The notes below the pieces were generated by a model, which worked only from the letters and a program-made list of their open reading frames with translations, made no database searches and was not told the origin of the DNA. Below are positions 1-23,800 of a DNA stretch of 64,000 nucleotides, in pieces. Source of the DNA: the human T2T-CHM13v2.0 reference genome, Homo sapiens. Within the stretch, counting starts at the first letter, position 1; every line of letters begins with the position of its first letter. The DNA is taken from NCBI RefSeq assembly GCF_009914755.1, contig NC_060941.1; one strand, 5' to 3'. The position numbers and the translations under genes are program-made.

Positions 1-1958
1 ACTTGAACCCAGGAGATGTAGGTTGCAGTCAGCTGAGAGAGCACCACTGCACTCCAGCCTGGGTAACAAGAGCAAAACTCCATCTCAAAAAAAAAAAATA
101 AAACACACACACAGAAAAAACTTTCAAGTCAGGTCACTTTCATTACTTATTACTTTTACTCTCAAAAACATGTCCCCAGAGGTGAGAGGTGTATCATTTC
201 CTGAAGTCAATCCCGCGCCCCAAACTCTCCGCATGCTTTCCCTCCATCAACAGGCAGAGAGATACTAGCATCTGAGCTGGGGATGACCATTACGAGTCCA
301 CAGCTGTTTGACCATTCTTCTTCATAATTGTTGTTACAACTTTTTTTCTTCCCTGAAGAGATGGCATCTCGTTCAGTCATCCAGGTTAGAATACAGTGGC
401 GCAATCGAAGCTCACTGCAGCCTCAAGATCCCCCAACCTCAGCCGTCTGAGAAGCATGCGTTGTCACACCTGGCTGTTGTTTTTGTTTTTTGTTTTGAGA
501 CAAAGTCCTGCTCTATGAAGCCTCGCTCTGCCACCCAGGCTAGAGTGCAGTGGGGCGTGATCTCAGCTCACTGCAACCTCCACCTCCTGGGTTCAAGCAA
601 TTCTCCTGCCTCAGCCTTGCAAGTAGCTGAGATTACAGGCACATACCACTGCACCCGGCATTTTTTTTTTTTTTAAAGACAGGGTCTTACTATGTTGCCC
701 AGGCTGGTCTTGAACTCCTAGGCTCAAGCATCTTCCCACCTTGGCCTCCCAAAGTGCTGGGATTACAGGCACAAGCCACTGCAACCGGCATAGGACAGAT
801 TTTCCAGCTGGAAGCCACTTGTTCACAGTTGGTAAATTATTTCTGAGTCCCAAGGGCTGGGAGTAGCTGCCTGAAATGCTGCGCTGGGAAGTGTTCTGTG
901 GCTCCATCTGGCACTGTTGCAAGTGTGTAAGTAAGTCCTACGTATGTGAATATCTCATGCCAATCCTGATCTAGTCAAATCCTAAACATATCATAAAGCT
1001 AGTAAATGTTAAAAGCTGAGTCACCTAATTCTCACTTTAGTACCATAACCCAAAAGTCACAAATCTGATTTGATCCTTCCAGAGAAAAGACACATACGTG
1101 CCCACTTTCAGAAGCATTTTCAAAAAGTATAACACTTCCAAAGACAATACAGCAGGTCCGTTTCCCCAAAAGAAACTACAGATAGCCTCAAGCAACGCGA
1201 CATATGTTTTATGTTTCAGCCTAAGAAACGTTATCTCTTTTTTTTTTTTTTAGATGGAGTCTTCCTCTGTAGCCCAGGTTGGAGTGCAATGGCGTATCTC
1301 TCAGCTCACTGCAACCTCCGCCTCCTGGGTTTAAGCAATTCTCCGGCCTCAGCCTCCTGAGTAGCTGGGACTACAGGAGCCCGCCACCACGCCCAGCCAA
1401 TTTTTTGTATACTTAGTAGGGACGGGGTTTCCCCGTGTTAGCCAGGATGGTCTCGATCTCCTGACCGCGTGATCCACCCGCCATGGCGTCCCAAAGTGCT
1501 GGGATTATAGGCATGAGCCACCGCGCCCGGCACAGCCTTAGAAACATTCTTAAAGGAACCGCAGCTAAAACTGACATCAGACTTTGTTTACAACCTCCTA
1601 CCAGCACCACCACCACCAAATGTAAAACTATCCTGTAATACTCCTATCACACTAATTTGTCCTCTTCTCCATCCCTGTTCAACAATCTACCATGGATCAA
1701 AATGATTCTCTAGACAGAGAATAAAATTTCCTTTAAAATCAACAAACATAACAAATTTGGGCTCCTGTATTTAAAGTAAACATTAACACACACTCAACAT
1801 CACAATTAAGTTTACTAAAATACTCTGAAGCGTTTGCAATGAAAACCTCTTAAGAATAAAAACAGGCCGGGCACGGTGGCTTGCGCCTGTAATCCCAGCA
1901 CTTTGGGAGGCCGAGGCGGGTGGATCACAAGGTTAGGAGATCGAGGCCAACCTGGCTA

Positions 1959-2253
<295 letters not shown>

Positions 2254-2264
2254 TCAGGAGTTCA

Positions 2265-2561
<297 letters not shown>

Positions 2562-2913
2562 TCAACAAAGAGAAAAACTTCATAAATACCTACTGATACC
2601 ATCTGGATTTAAATACACTTAACTTCAGCCCCCTAAAATTGAATTGAATGAAGATAAAATAAACTGCTTGCTCTCCACTCCTCCTGTCCTCAACCTTTGA
2701 AACAGTGTAAAGGAAGAGCTAAACTAAGTTCCCAAAATGGAACTCCGTACTGTAGCACCATTTCCTATAAAGGCAGCAATTACAATTTCATAGAGGGCAG
2801 GCGGTGAATCTAAATTCTAGCTTGATATAACGACAAGCCAAGGAATGTCTAAAGAGAGTACAAACAAATCCTGCAACTGAAAGAGGTGCCTGTTTCACTC
2901 CGTGCTTGCTTAC

Positions 2914-3050
2914 CGTCACCCTGCATGTCTGAAGTCCATAGTGTCAGATTATCACGTAACAACTGCATGATAAGTGTAGAGTCCTTATAGCTTTCTTCAC
3001 TCAGCGTATCCAGTTCTGCAATTGCATCATCAAAAGCTGCTTTTGCCAAC
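2914..3050 (-). CDS. YWHAE: 14-3-3 epsilon exon 5 (137 nt; [45 protein letters not shown])
   Basis: AG at 3052-3051, GTAAG at 2913-2909; contains the 14-3-3 signature [18 protein letters not shown]. The final coding exon is outside the window. Confidence 0.99.
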
Positions 3051-3252
3051 CTAAAGGTATTTCAATAGAAGTGTTATAAAAATTAAGTCCAAAATCAGAA
3101 TTAGAAATGACATGCTAGACAGCAATCTTTTCTTCAGTTATTCCAGTTTGTAATAGTCACAATGATAATGCAAAGAAAAAGCAAATACAATAAAAATTAA
3201 CTTAAAGGTATGTGGAACACTACTTCTTACTATGCTTTAAGCCTGCTACTGA

Positions 3253-3570
<318 letters not shown>

Positions 3571-3665
3571 TAGCCAGGATGGTCTCGATCTCCTGACCTC
3601 GTGATCCACCAGCCTCAGCATCCCAAAGTGCTGGGATTACAGGCGTGAGCCACCGCGCCCAGCCT

Positions 3666-3708
<43 letters not shown>

Positions 3709-3819
3709 GGATTCGTTATGTTGCCCAGGCTGGACTTGAACTCCTGCGTTCAAGCAATCTTCCGAACCTTAGCCTCTTGAGTGGCTGGGACAAACGGTAC
3801 ACACTACCACCCCCAAGAT

Positions 3820-3869
<50 letters not shown>

Positions 3870-4722
3870 TTTTTTTTTTTTTTTTTTTTTGGGGACGGGG
3901 TCTCGCTCTATCACCCAGGCTGGAGTGCAGTGGCGGGATGTAGGCTAAATGCAAGCTCCGCCTCCTGGGTTCACACCATTATCCTGCCTCAGCCTCCCGA
4001 GTAGCCGGGACTACAGGCGCCCGCCACCACACCCGGCTGATTTGTTTTTATATTTTTAGCAGAGGCAGGGTTTCACCGTGTTAGCCAGGATGGTCTTGAT
4101 CTTCTGACCTCGTGATGTGCCCGCCTCAGCCTCCCAAAGTGCTGGATTACAAGGTTGAGATATTTAACAAAGTATTAATGCAAAAAGAAAATCTTGGACA
4201 ATACCTCAAAGTTTAAAAAAATTTAATTTCACGTTAATGGAGGCAGGGAAGCAAAGAAAATAAAAGGCAACACAGACGCCATGGAAATGTGATTATGTAA
4301 GCCATTTACAGTTTTAAAAGAAAATCCACACTTACTGAGTACTGTGTACTATGTCCAACAAACGATACGATATACCAATAGAAAAAAAAGAGACATAATC
4401 TAAGTCCACATCAACTTAAAAATTTAGAAATGGAGGGTAGACAAATACATAACTATTTTACAAGGAGGAGGCTGGCTGTGGTGGCTCATGCCTGTAATCA
4501 GCACACTTTGGGTGGCTGATGCGTGCGCGCAGATCACTTGAGGCCAGGAGTTCAAGACCAGCCGGGCCACCATGGCAAAACCTATTAAAAACACAAAAAA
4601 TTAGGCCGGGTGCAGTGGCTCAAGCCTGTAATCCCAGCACTTTGGGAGGCAGAAGCGGGCGGATCACGTGGTTAGGAGATCGAGACCATCCTGGCTAACA
4701 CAGTGAAACCCCGTCTCTACTA

Positions 4723-5107
<385 letters not shown>

Positions 5108-5393
5108 CTATTCCAAATAAAGTATTTCAGGGACCCAGAAGGAGGAGCAATTAAAGGGAAAGTCAAATTTGAACTAATCTCAATGGATAAGGAGAAAACA
5201 AAACACACTTCAGGTTTAAGCAGAAGCATGAGCAAAGGCATGCGAGTGACTTTAAACTGGAGCTACACGTGGGACAGCTAGACTGGAGTCTGACAAGGAA
5301 AGGTGCAACCACCAGTATTAGCTAAATAGCCACAGCTTCTTCAGTTACGATCCCTATCTGGACAAACTCAACTAGCCATTTAGAATGTTTTTA

Positions 5394-5600
<207 letters not shown>

Positions 5601-5936
5601 TTAATCCCCTTTCCTCAAACTTTGAAAGGCTTTCACTTAAAAACCCTACTTTGCTTAAGCAGTTGTCCTCAAACAAACCAAAAAAAAACACATACAAAAA
5701 CCAAAAGGGGCCGGGCGCGGTGGCTCACGCCTGTAATCCCAGCACTTTGGGAGGCCGAGGAGGGCAGATCACGAGGTCAGGAGATCGAGACCATCCTGGC
5801 TAACACAGGGAAACCCCATCTCTATTAAAAATACAAAAAATAGGCCGGGCGCGGTGGCTCACACCTGTAATCCCAGCACTTTGGGAGGCCGAGGCGGGTG
5901 GATCACGAGGTCAGGAGATCGAGACCATCCTGGCTA

Positions 5937-6239
<303 letters not shown>

Positions 6240-6427
6240 TCAGTGAGCTGAGATCACGCCACTGTACTCCAGCCACAGCAGCAGAGTGAGACTCCGTCAA
6301 AATAAAAAAAAAAAGCAAAAAAACCATTTTGCTACTGCAATATTTACTGTAAAAATTTAAAATAGGCTGGGTGCAGTGGCTCACGCCTGTAATCTCGGCA
6401 CTTTGGGAGGCCGAGGTGGCTGGATCA

Positions 6428-7165
<738 letters not shown>

Positions 7166-7297
7166 TAGCCACGATGGTCTCGATCTCCTGACCTCGTGAT
7201 CTGCCCTCCTCGGCCTCCCAAAGTGCTGGGATTACAGGCGTGAGCCACTGCACGCAGCCCAAAAAAAATTTAAAAATTGGCCGGGCGCAGTGGCTCA

Positions 7298-7633
<336 letters not shown>

Positions 7634-7660
7634 TCACACGAGGTCAGGAGTTCGAGACTA

Positions 7661-7940
<280 letters not shown>

Positions 7941-8039
7941 TCAGGTAGGCGAATCGGCTGAGCCCAGGAAGCCAAGGCTGCAGTGAGCTATGAGTGCACA
8001 ACTGCAGAGACAGAACAAGATCCTGTCCGGAAAAAAAAG

Positions 8040-8995
<956 letters not shown>

Positions 8996-9380
8996 TAAAA
9001 GTAAAAAGTTATGTACGTATAAATATTCCTTACATATTTATCTACATTATCAAAAACTGGGAACAAGCTGAAGTATAAATGGGGGAACAGTTTAACACAC
9101 ATTAGTAAGACTGAAACTTGTTTATGCTAAAACAGAAAATATAAAATTATGTTTGCTACGAGAGTAACTATTAAAAACATGCCCATAGAAACAGAACACT
9201 GGCTGGGTGTGGTGACTCATGCTTGTAATCTCAGCACTTTGGGAGGCGAAGGCGGGCGGATCACTTGAGGTCAGGAGTTCCAGACCAGCCTAGCCAAAAT
9301 GGTGAAAACACCGTCTCTACTAAAAATACAAAAAAAATTAGTTGGGCATGGTGGCAGGCCCCTGTAACTCCAGTTACTCA

Positions 9381-9557
<177 letters not shown>

Positions 9558-9812
9558 CTACTCATTTTAACATGTTAGATTTCAATCTACCAGCAACAAA
9601 AATATCCCACATCAAAATAATTATGCTGACTGCTATGCTAGTGGGTTGAGACAGGTCTGTTTTAATACTATCCAAAGTAGTTTCAGTAAGAGCCAAAAGA
9701 ATTACTATGCAGCCAAGTCTACAAAGACAGGCCCAAGAAACAACACGGAAAACCCAAACAGCGCCCCCCTTAACTTTCACGCTGAGCGCTGCTGTTCTTC
9801 CCCACAACTTAC

Positions 9813-10019
9813 CTGCAGGCACGGTCAGGGGAATTAAGAATTTCGTAGTAGAATACGGAAAAATTGAGAGCAAGACCTAAGCGAATAGGATGCGTTGGTG
9901 GAAGTTCTGTCATTGCAATATCACTAGCAGCTTTATAAGCCACTAGGCTGTTCTCCGCAGCCTCCTTCCTGTCGTTTCCTGTGGCAAATTCTGCCAGATA
10001 CCTGTGGTAGTCCCCTTTC
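9813..10019 (-). CDS. YWHAE: 14-3-3 epsilon exon 4 (207 nt; [68 protein letters not shown])
   Basis: Manual translation of the reverse complement; AG at 10021-10020, GTAAG at 9812-9808; conserved KGDYxRY and [18 protein letters not shown] motifs. Confidence 0.99.
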
Positions 10020-10622
10020 CTAAAACAAAACCAAAATTAAAAAAAAAAAAAAAATTTAAACTAGGAACGATTTTTAAAGGAAAATAAGCTAAAATTGTTC
10101 TATATTATATAAAATGTGACAAAAATATATGTAACAATTAGGTGTACTTCAATAATTTTAAACACTCTCAGGAATAACTGGCTTCGTTTCATTTTTTTCC
10201 TTAGACATTTCATATTACTAAATATAAGCAAAAATCCCAGGAAATTAACTGAGGAGCCTCTAAAAATTAATAAAATTATCACCTGATAGACCAGAATTAA
10301 ACAAGCAAGTGGTTCCAAGGAATGGCATGACAGTTTATTAATCATAAAATAAAATGTCTATATATAACACTAAGCACTGTGAAATGTATGCCGTTTGGGG
10401 GAGGGGAATGGGATAGGTCTCACAAAAACAAAAGAATATAAATAAGCAAAAGCTAATACATTTTCATAATAGCCCAACCACCTTTTCATTACAATATTAA
10501 CTATCCTTCTAACATTGAACAATTATTCTTAAATAAAAGTTGAAAACCTACATAGAACAAAGTTATGGTTCTAAAAGGACCAACTTTCAATCTTACATTT
10601 TCCCTTCTAGTATAGAACCTAC

Positions 10623-10729
10623 ATTTTATAATAGAAAACCTTGGACTCGCCAGTGTTAGCTGCTGGAATGAGGTGTTTGTCCAGTACATCCAGAATGTCA
10701 CAACAGATTAACTTTAGCTCAGTCTCAAC
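10623..10729 (-). CDS. YWHAE: 14-3-3 epsilon exon 3 (107 nt; [36 protein letters not shown])
   Basis: T13-AG acceptor at 10744-10730, donor GTAGG at 10622-10618; in frame with exons 2 and 4. Confidence 0.98.
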
Positions 10730-11873
10730 CTAAAAAAAAAAAAATTTTTTTTAAATCAGATTAAGTCTAGAAATTCTACAAATTATTACATATTCTATCT
10801 CTGGTTTTGAGGTAGAGAGCTTAGTATTAAAAAGAATTTGTATCCCTCTCCAAACTCCCTTCTTCCTTCTTGACACAAAAGCAGAGAAAAGCTGCCTCTA
10901 GGTTATAAAAAGTATCTTTTCCCTTCTGCATGCTGCCTATTGTTACACACACACATGCAGGCACGCACACACGCCAGCCCCCACACCCCCTTCACAGTAC
11001 CACAGTACAGCTACAGAATTACCAATGACTAAAACTGAACACTGATGCTTCTTGGTAAATGCTGGTCAATTACATGAATTACCTTCTTTCACAAGGTAGC
11101 AACGTAAAGACATTGCTCTAAGATCAACAATTAAATAAGAATTTAATAAGCAGAGCTAGGATTTGAACCCAGGCAGGCTGCAAGGGACAGAATCAAAATT
11201 TAAACCCAGGCAGTTTGCCTTCAGCACTCACATCCTTAACAACATTCACCAGGCAATTCCTTTAGTGGCAGAGATCCGTAACTATTAAAACACCGAAAAC
11301 CTATCTACCAAAGTAGCTACTGCCACCCATCTCTATCCACTGATCATGCTGAACACGCACACCACCTCTCAACGCACATCCTCAGCTTGCTTCCTGTTTG
11401 CTATTAACTCATGCAGCACTACTGCTGAACCTTTCATGAGGGTCCTCTCCGTGCCCCTGGAACCTCCGTTTCACTGCAGAAAATTCTCTCTTTTTCTTCT
11501 ATAATCACATCCTTATCCCAAGCAAAACTACTTTCTGAATAAACGACATCCCTGACAGCTTTTCCAATAGAGACTGGTCTAGGAGAAGGAAGACTTCTAA
11601 GTTCTCCTAGCTCCTTGCATACTCAATGACTGCTCTATTACTCCAAACTCTTCCTCCTCACAAGCTGATGATCTACATTCTATTTCTCAGTTTTTGTCAT
11701 CAATAGATCTCTACACCCTTCTCCCAGATTCACTGAGTATCTACAGCAAACCCACCCAATACCTGAGATCACACCAAGGTATGGTGCAGCCATGTTCCAT
11801 TCAACAGAGTTCTTTGCTCTCTACTCCTAGACTTTCACTTGTCCACACCCATGACCATGCTGCTCCATACTAG

Positions 11874-12475
<602 letters not shown>

Positions 12476-12584
12476 TAACTGTGGTTCCCCCACCCTTCCC
12501 TCCCCCAACCAACCTCACTTTCCACCTGCCCTGTAATTCTCTTCCCTGTTCTTTCCTGTATTTACGTGCCTGTCTCTTCTACTA

Positions 12585-12785
12585 GAATCGGTTACTCAAC
12601 AGCAGCACTCCCGACAGTTTGTTGTGGGGCCCGTGCTGTGCCCAGTAGAATGGTTAGCAGCACCCCAGTCCCCACCCCACTAGATGCTAGGAACACCCTC
12701 CAGAAGTTGTGACAATCAAAAGTATTTCTAGACATTGTTAAACGTTCTCTGAAGTACAAAAGCACCTCTAATTGAAAACTGCTGC
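12585..12785 (+). mobile_element. MER20 hAT-Charlie element
   Basis: CCACTAGATGCTAG ... GTTGTGACAATCAAAAGTATTTCTAGACATTG ... TTGAAAACTGCTG matches MER20. Confidence 0.8.
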
Positions 12786-12926
12786 ATTACAGTGATGGCT
12801 GTCCAACTTTTTTTTAACAAGACCTACAATAAGAAACATTTTATATATGTATATACACCCACAGTAAGTAAAATAACTTCATTAAATAATCCTCAGGGAA
12901 AAAAAAAGAGGAATCAGACAAATTAA

Positions 12927-13127
<201 letters not shown>

Positions 13128-13294
13128 TAGTAGAGACGGGGTTTCACCATGTTAGCCAGGATGGTCTCGATCTCCTGACCTCGTGATCCGCCCACCTCAG
13201 CCTCCCAAAGTGCTGGGATTACAGGCCTGAGCCACCGCGCCTGGCCAACCCACCATATTTTTTTAAAAAACAGTCATCATTTTGCTTGAAAATA

Positions 13295-13565
13295 CAATAG
13301 TTCCCCCTTATCCAAGAGGGATCCATTGAGACCTGCCAGTGGATGTGATGAAACCATGGAAAATACCAAACCTGATACAGACTATGTTTTGTCCTCATGC
13401 ATAGCCACGGGTAAGTTTAACTTATAAACCAGGCACAAAGATCAATATCAGAAACATTATAACATACTGTAATACAAGTTATATGAATGTAGTCTCCTTT
13501 TCTCTCAAAATCTTAAGTGTACCGTCCTACAGGTAACTCAAACTGTGGATAAGGGGGGATGATGG
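13295..13565 (-). mobile_element. MER44/Tigger7-type MITE about 15 nt from the exon 2 donor
   Basis: Terminal inverted repeats TCCCCCTTATCC (about 13302-13313) and GGATAAGGGGGGA (about 13547-13559); internal sequence is MER44-like. Confidence 0.75.
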
Positions 13566-13579
13566 CACAACAATCTCAC

Positions 13580-13779
13580 CATTTGCCGATATTCCCGAAT
13601 CATTTTTAGCTTGTCTTCTCCTCCCTTGTTTTCTTCTTTCTGTTCAATGCTGCTGATTATTCTCCAGGAGGCTCTTCTAGCTCCAATCACATTCTTATAT
13701 GCAACAGATAGGAGGTTTCTTTCTTCAACTGTCAGCTCCACATCCATCCCTGCTACTTTCTTCATTGACTCCACCATTT
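13580..13779 (-). CDS. YWHAE: 14-3-3 epsilon exon 2 (200 nt; [67 protein letters not shown])
   Basis: Acceptor AG at 13781-13780, donor GTGAG at 13579-13575; contains the 14-3-3 signature [13 protein letters not shown]. Confidence 0.99.
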
Positions 13780-14321
13780 CTGTATGGGAAAAGGAAAAGT
13801 CAGACCTTACAAATTTGAAGTTTTCTTAACATATTCCTTTCAAAGTAGTTTTTTTCTGTCAAGCTACTGCGAAAAAAACATTTTAACAAAAATAATTTCA
13901 TAATCATCAAAACTAATATGAGTAAAAAGCCAAAAACATGTAAAGGAAACCAAACTAAGAGCCAATACAAAGACTCCAGAAGGTAGTTAGGTGGAGTGAG
14001 AAAGACTTCATATACTATCTAATATAATTTAGTGTGGTCTGAAAGCACCTCTCATTAAATAAGGTAATTAGGCACACCTAACTATTTTCCAGCAAAAAAA
14101 AATGAGCTGTCAGTTTAAGAGAAAGATTAAGAATTTACAGGTTCTAAAATGTATTGTCTCACAAATAAATAGTATTTCCAAAAATACAAAAGGAAGGGGA
14201 ATTTGTTCATACAGCAAAAATATACGGAGTATATGGTTGGCCACCAACAGACTTTGGATGTTTTCTATCCTTCCTCGTATGAAGCTCCTTCATTGGTAAA
14301 ACTTCTGATGATTCCTACTTG

Positions 14322-14340
14322 TTACCACTAGGTGGCGAGC
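14322..14340 (+). promoter_or_regulatory. Candidate CTCF site (CCACTAGGTGGCG)
   Basis: Close match to the CTCF core consensus in unique intronic sequence. Confidence 0.6.
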
Positions 14341-14719
14341 AAAGAAAGGGGCCCAGAAAAGCCTTGGCATCTACCGCAAGCATAGGGAAACACAACGGCG
14401 TGTGAATGCAAAGCGCCACAAACAGCACAAGAAATAGTAACTGAATAAATACATTAATAAAAACTTATTTTTGATGCCATATTACCATGTGGCTCTCCAA
14501 CATTACCCACGTTTCAATCTTTGGTGATGAGACTCAAGAATCTGCATTTTAGGGCCAGGAGTAAGTGGCTCATACCCCTAGCACTTTGAGAGCTGAGGCA
14601 GGAGAATCACTCGAGCTCAGGAGTTCGAGACCCTGTCTCTAAAAAATAAAAACAGAGGCTGGGCACAGTGGCTCATGCCTGTAAATCCCAGCACTTTGGC
14701 AGGCCGAGGTGGCACATCA

Positions 14720-14929
<210 letters not shown>

Positions 14930-14932
14930 TCA

Positions 14933-15091
<159 letters not shown>

Positions 15092-15377
15092 CTACTAAAA
15101 ATACAAAAATTAGCTGCGTTTGGTGGTGCGCGCCTGTAATTACAGCTACTTGGGAAGCTGAGGCAGCAGAATTGCTTGAACCCAGGAGGCAGAGATTGCA
15201 ACTGAGATCGCCCCACTGTATGCCACCTGGGGCAACAGAGCAGACTCCATCTCAAAAAAAACCAAAAGAAAGAATCTGCATTTAAATAAGCATCCTTAGC
15301 TTTCATTAACACCCTAAGCATAAGCATACCTTAACTAATAGGTATGAAAGAGATGGTGACTTCATAAAACACTACTA

Positions 15378-15700
<323 letters not shown>

Positions 15701-16264
15701 TTAAGGGGAGTGTGCCTAATGTATCCAGGAAAATATGTTTCAAAAATTAATCCTTTCGGGAATATAAAAAAAATTAAGCCATATTTTGTAAAGTCTCTTC
15801 GAAAAATATTCGGCAATGTTTTAATAAACATGTACCATATGACTCAGCAATCCCAATTCTATGCATCATCCAGAAGAAAAATAATCTTTACAAAGACTTT
15901 TACACACTCACTCACAGCAACTCTATTCATAATAGCCAAAAAGTGGAAACCCCTCAAATGTGCATCCAGAGGGGAAATGTATAAGCACACTGATGTTCAC
16001 ATATGTAAGATGGGATACCACTCAAAAATAAAGAATTAACTGTCCATGCACAGTGGCTCACATCTGTAATCCCAGCATTTGGGGAGGCCAAGACAGGAGG
16101 ATTACTTGAGCCCAGTAGTTTGAGACCAACCTGGGCAACATGGTGAGACTCTGCCTCTACAAAAATTAGCTGGGTGTGGTGGTGTGTGCCTGCGGTCTCA
16201 ACTACTCAGGAGATTAAGGCAAGAGAACTGCTTGACCCCAGGAATTCAGGCCTGCAGTGAGCTA

Positions 16265-16331
16265 TTAGGTTGGTACAAAAGTAATTGCGCATTTTGCCAG
16301 CAAAAACCACAATTACTTTGTATAATCCTAA
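16265..16331. mobile_element. MADE1 (Hsmar1-derived MITE) inserted into an Alu right arm
   Basis: TTAGGTTGGTACAAAAGTAATTGCG ... CAAAAACCACAATTACTTTGTATAATCCTAA palindrome, preceded by TA at 16263-16264. Confidence 0.9.
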
Positions 16332-16935
16332 CGCTGTACTCCAGCTTGGATGACAAAGCGAGAGACTCTGTGTCCAGAAAGAGAAGAGGAGACGGGAGGG
16401 GAGAAAAATAATTAACTGATACAAGCAACAATATGGAAGAATCTGAAAAACATCATATTAAGTGAAAAGAGTCAGATTAAAAGGATTTTATCATTCCATT
16501 TATATCAAATTGCAAAAAACACAAACTAAAAAGACAGAAAGCAAATGGTTATCAAGGTACAGAGGTGAACTGAGGGGCTTTTGTGCAAAGGACAGGTCAC
16601 AGAATTGTACATGTAAAAGTGGCACGTTTAACTGTACACCTCAAGCTGATTTTTTAAATGCAATTCTGAACCATTAAAGAAGGATGACATGTTGGGTGCT
16701 GTGGCTCACACCTGTCATCTTAGCACTTTGGGAGGCTGAGGCAGGTGGATCACCTGAGGTCAGGAGTTCAAGACCAGCCTGGCCAACATGGTGACACCCC
16801 GTCTCTACTAAAAATATAAAAATTAGGCCAGGCACGGTGACTCACGCCTGTAATCCCAACACTTTGGGAGGCCGAGGCAGGCAGATCACCTGAGGTCGGG
16901 AGATCGAGACCAGCCTGACCAGCATGGAGAAACTA

Positions 16936-17304
<369 letters not shown>

Positions 17305-17996
17305 TTACAATATGGTAATAAGACCACTCATTAATTCATTTGTAGGAGTCTGAAAGCATTCATCTAAAACATGCCCAATTTTGTTTTCTAAACCAGTCAC
17401 GAAACAGTCTAAATTTAGAAGCAGTGGAATAGGTAATCGTACCTCCATACTAGTTTAATTCTCAAAAATCAGCAAGTCAAACATAACTCAGAGGTAAGCC
17501 TGTAATTAAACTTTCTAAACTGATCGCAAAGTAAATCTTAAGTAACCCAGCTACACAAAAACAGTGCCATTAATTCTTTTAAGGCTTTACAATATTACAT
17601 ACAGAAAAACTATGCAGACATCAAATACTACCAAAAATTTAAGTTACATATCTCGAATATCATTCCTTATGATTTAATTTTGTTCAAATTTCTGTGCTTT
17701 ACAAATTTTCAACAACGAAGACTTAGTATTTTTATAATGCAAAGAGAAATATATTTGTAACACTCAGTGATACTCTACTGTTCCAGATTCAAGCATAAAT
17801 GCTTTCATTTTTACATATACACAAAACAATGCACAGACTGTGTGGTAAAATTATAGAAGCAACAATTATCCCTTTAATAATACCTTTATTTATATATAAT
17901 TCCCCTACCTAACAATTCACCCATTTAAAGTGTACTATTCGGCCGGGAGCAGGGGCTCACCCCTGTAAACCTTGGGAGGCCGAGGTGGGTGGATCA

Positions 17997-18237
<241 letters not shown>

Positions 18238-18420
18238 TCAATGGTTTTTAGTATATTCACAGAATTCTGCAATCATCATAATTTTAGATTTTCATCACTT
18301 CAAAAAGAAAAGCCCCAAACCCATTAACCATCAATTCCCATGTACCCGAACCCCAGCCCGGTCAACCACCAATCTATTTTCCGCCTCTACACACTTGTCT
18401 CTTATGCACATTTCAGGTGC

Positions 18421-22569
<4,149 letters not shown>

Positions 22570-22829
22570 CGAACAGAGCCATACAGTATGGAGCCTCCCA
22601 TGACTGGCTTCTTTCCCAACACAACCTACCGTATGGAGTCGGCTGTGACTGGCTTCTTTCCCATAGCATGGTCTCAAGTTTCATGCCTAGTGTAGCATGC
22701 ATCAGTACTTCACCTACTGTATGGATATACTATGCTTTAAAAATCCATTCATTAGGCCAGGTGCGGTGGCTCACGCCTACAATCCCAGCACTCTGGGAGG
22801 CAGGTGGATTACCTGAGGTCAGGAGTTCA

Positions 22830-23128
<299 letters not shown>

Positions 23129-23639
23129 TTAAGTTTTTGTATGAATAAATGCTTTCAGTTCACTTCAGTATACACCTAGAAGGAACTTCAGGATCACATG
23201 GTAACTAGCTTTTTGAGGAAGGACATCCCAAACTTTTCTACAGGAGCGGCACCGTTTTTACACTCCCACCAGCAACACAGGATTCTAATCTGGCCACGTC
23301 CTCAGGAACACTTGTTAGTTATTCTTTAAACTAGTCATCCTAGTGGGTGTGAAGCTGTATCTCTTTGTGGTTTTGATTTGCATTTCCTTGATAACTAATA
23401 GTGTTGAACACCTTTTCATGTGCTTATGAGCCTTTTGCGTATGTTCTCTGGAGAAATATCTATTCAAACACTTTGCCAAATATTTAATTATTTGTCTTTT
23501 CATTATTGGTATGTAGGAGTTGTTCATTTTTAAAACCCCACTGACTCCTCTTAATTCCCCCAACCCCCTCTGCATCCCTTAAGGTAGCAGATTAAGGAAC
23601 AGAAGTAGCATTGAGTCAGGAGACACTTCTATTGCTTCA

Positions 23640-23800
23640 AGAGACAGGGTCTCACTACGTTGCCCTGACTGTATGTCGTGCAGTGGCTATTCACAGGCCC
23701 ATGATCACAGCGCACTATGTAGCCTTAAACTCCTGGCCTCGAGTGATCCTCCCACCTCAGCCTCCCAAGTAACTGGGACTATAGGTGCACACTACCAAGC
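23640..23800 (-). mobile_element. FAM (fossil Alu monomer, 7SL-derived)
   Basis: Monomeric, with the 7SL-type segment GCAGTGGCTATTCACAGG. Confidence 0.7.

Noticed and set aside
2849-2913. Exon 5 read-through giving an alternative C-terminus ([21 protein letters not shown])
   Set aside because: A strong GTAAG donor is at 2913 and I saw no nearby sense-strand AATAAA; it is simply open frame into the intron.
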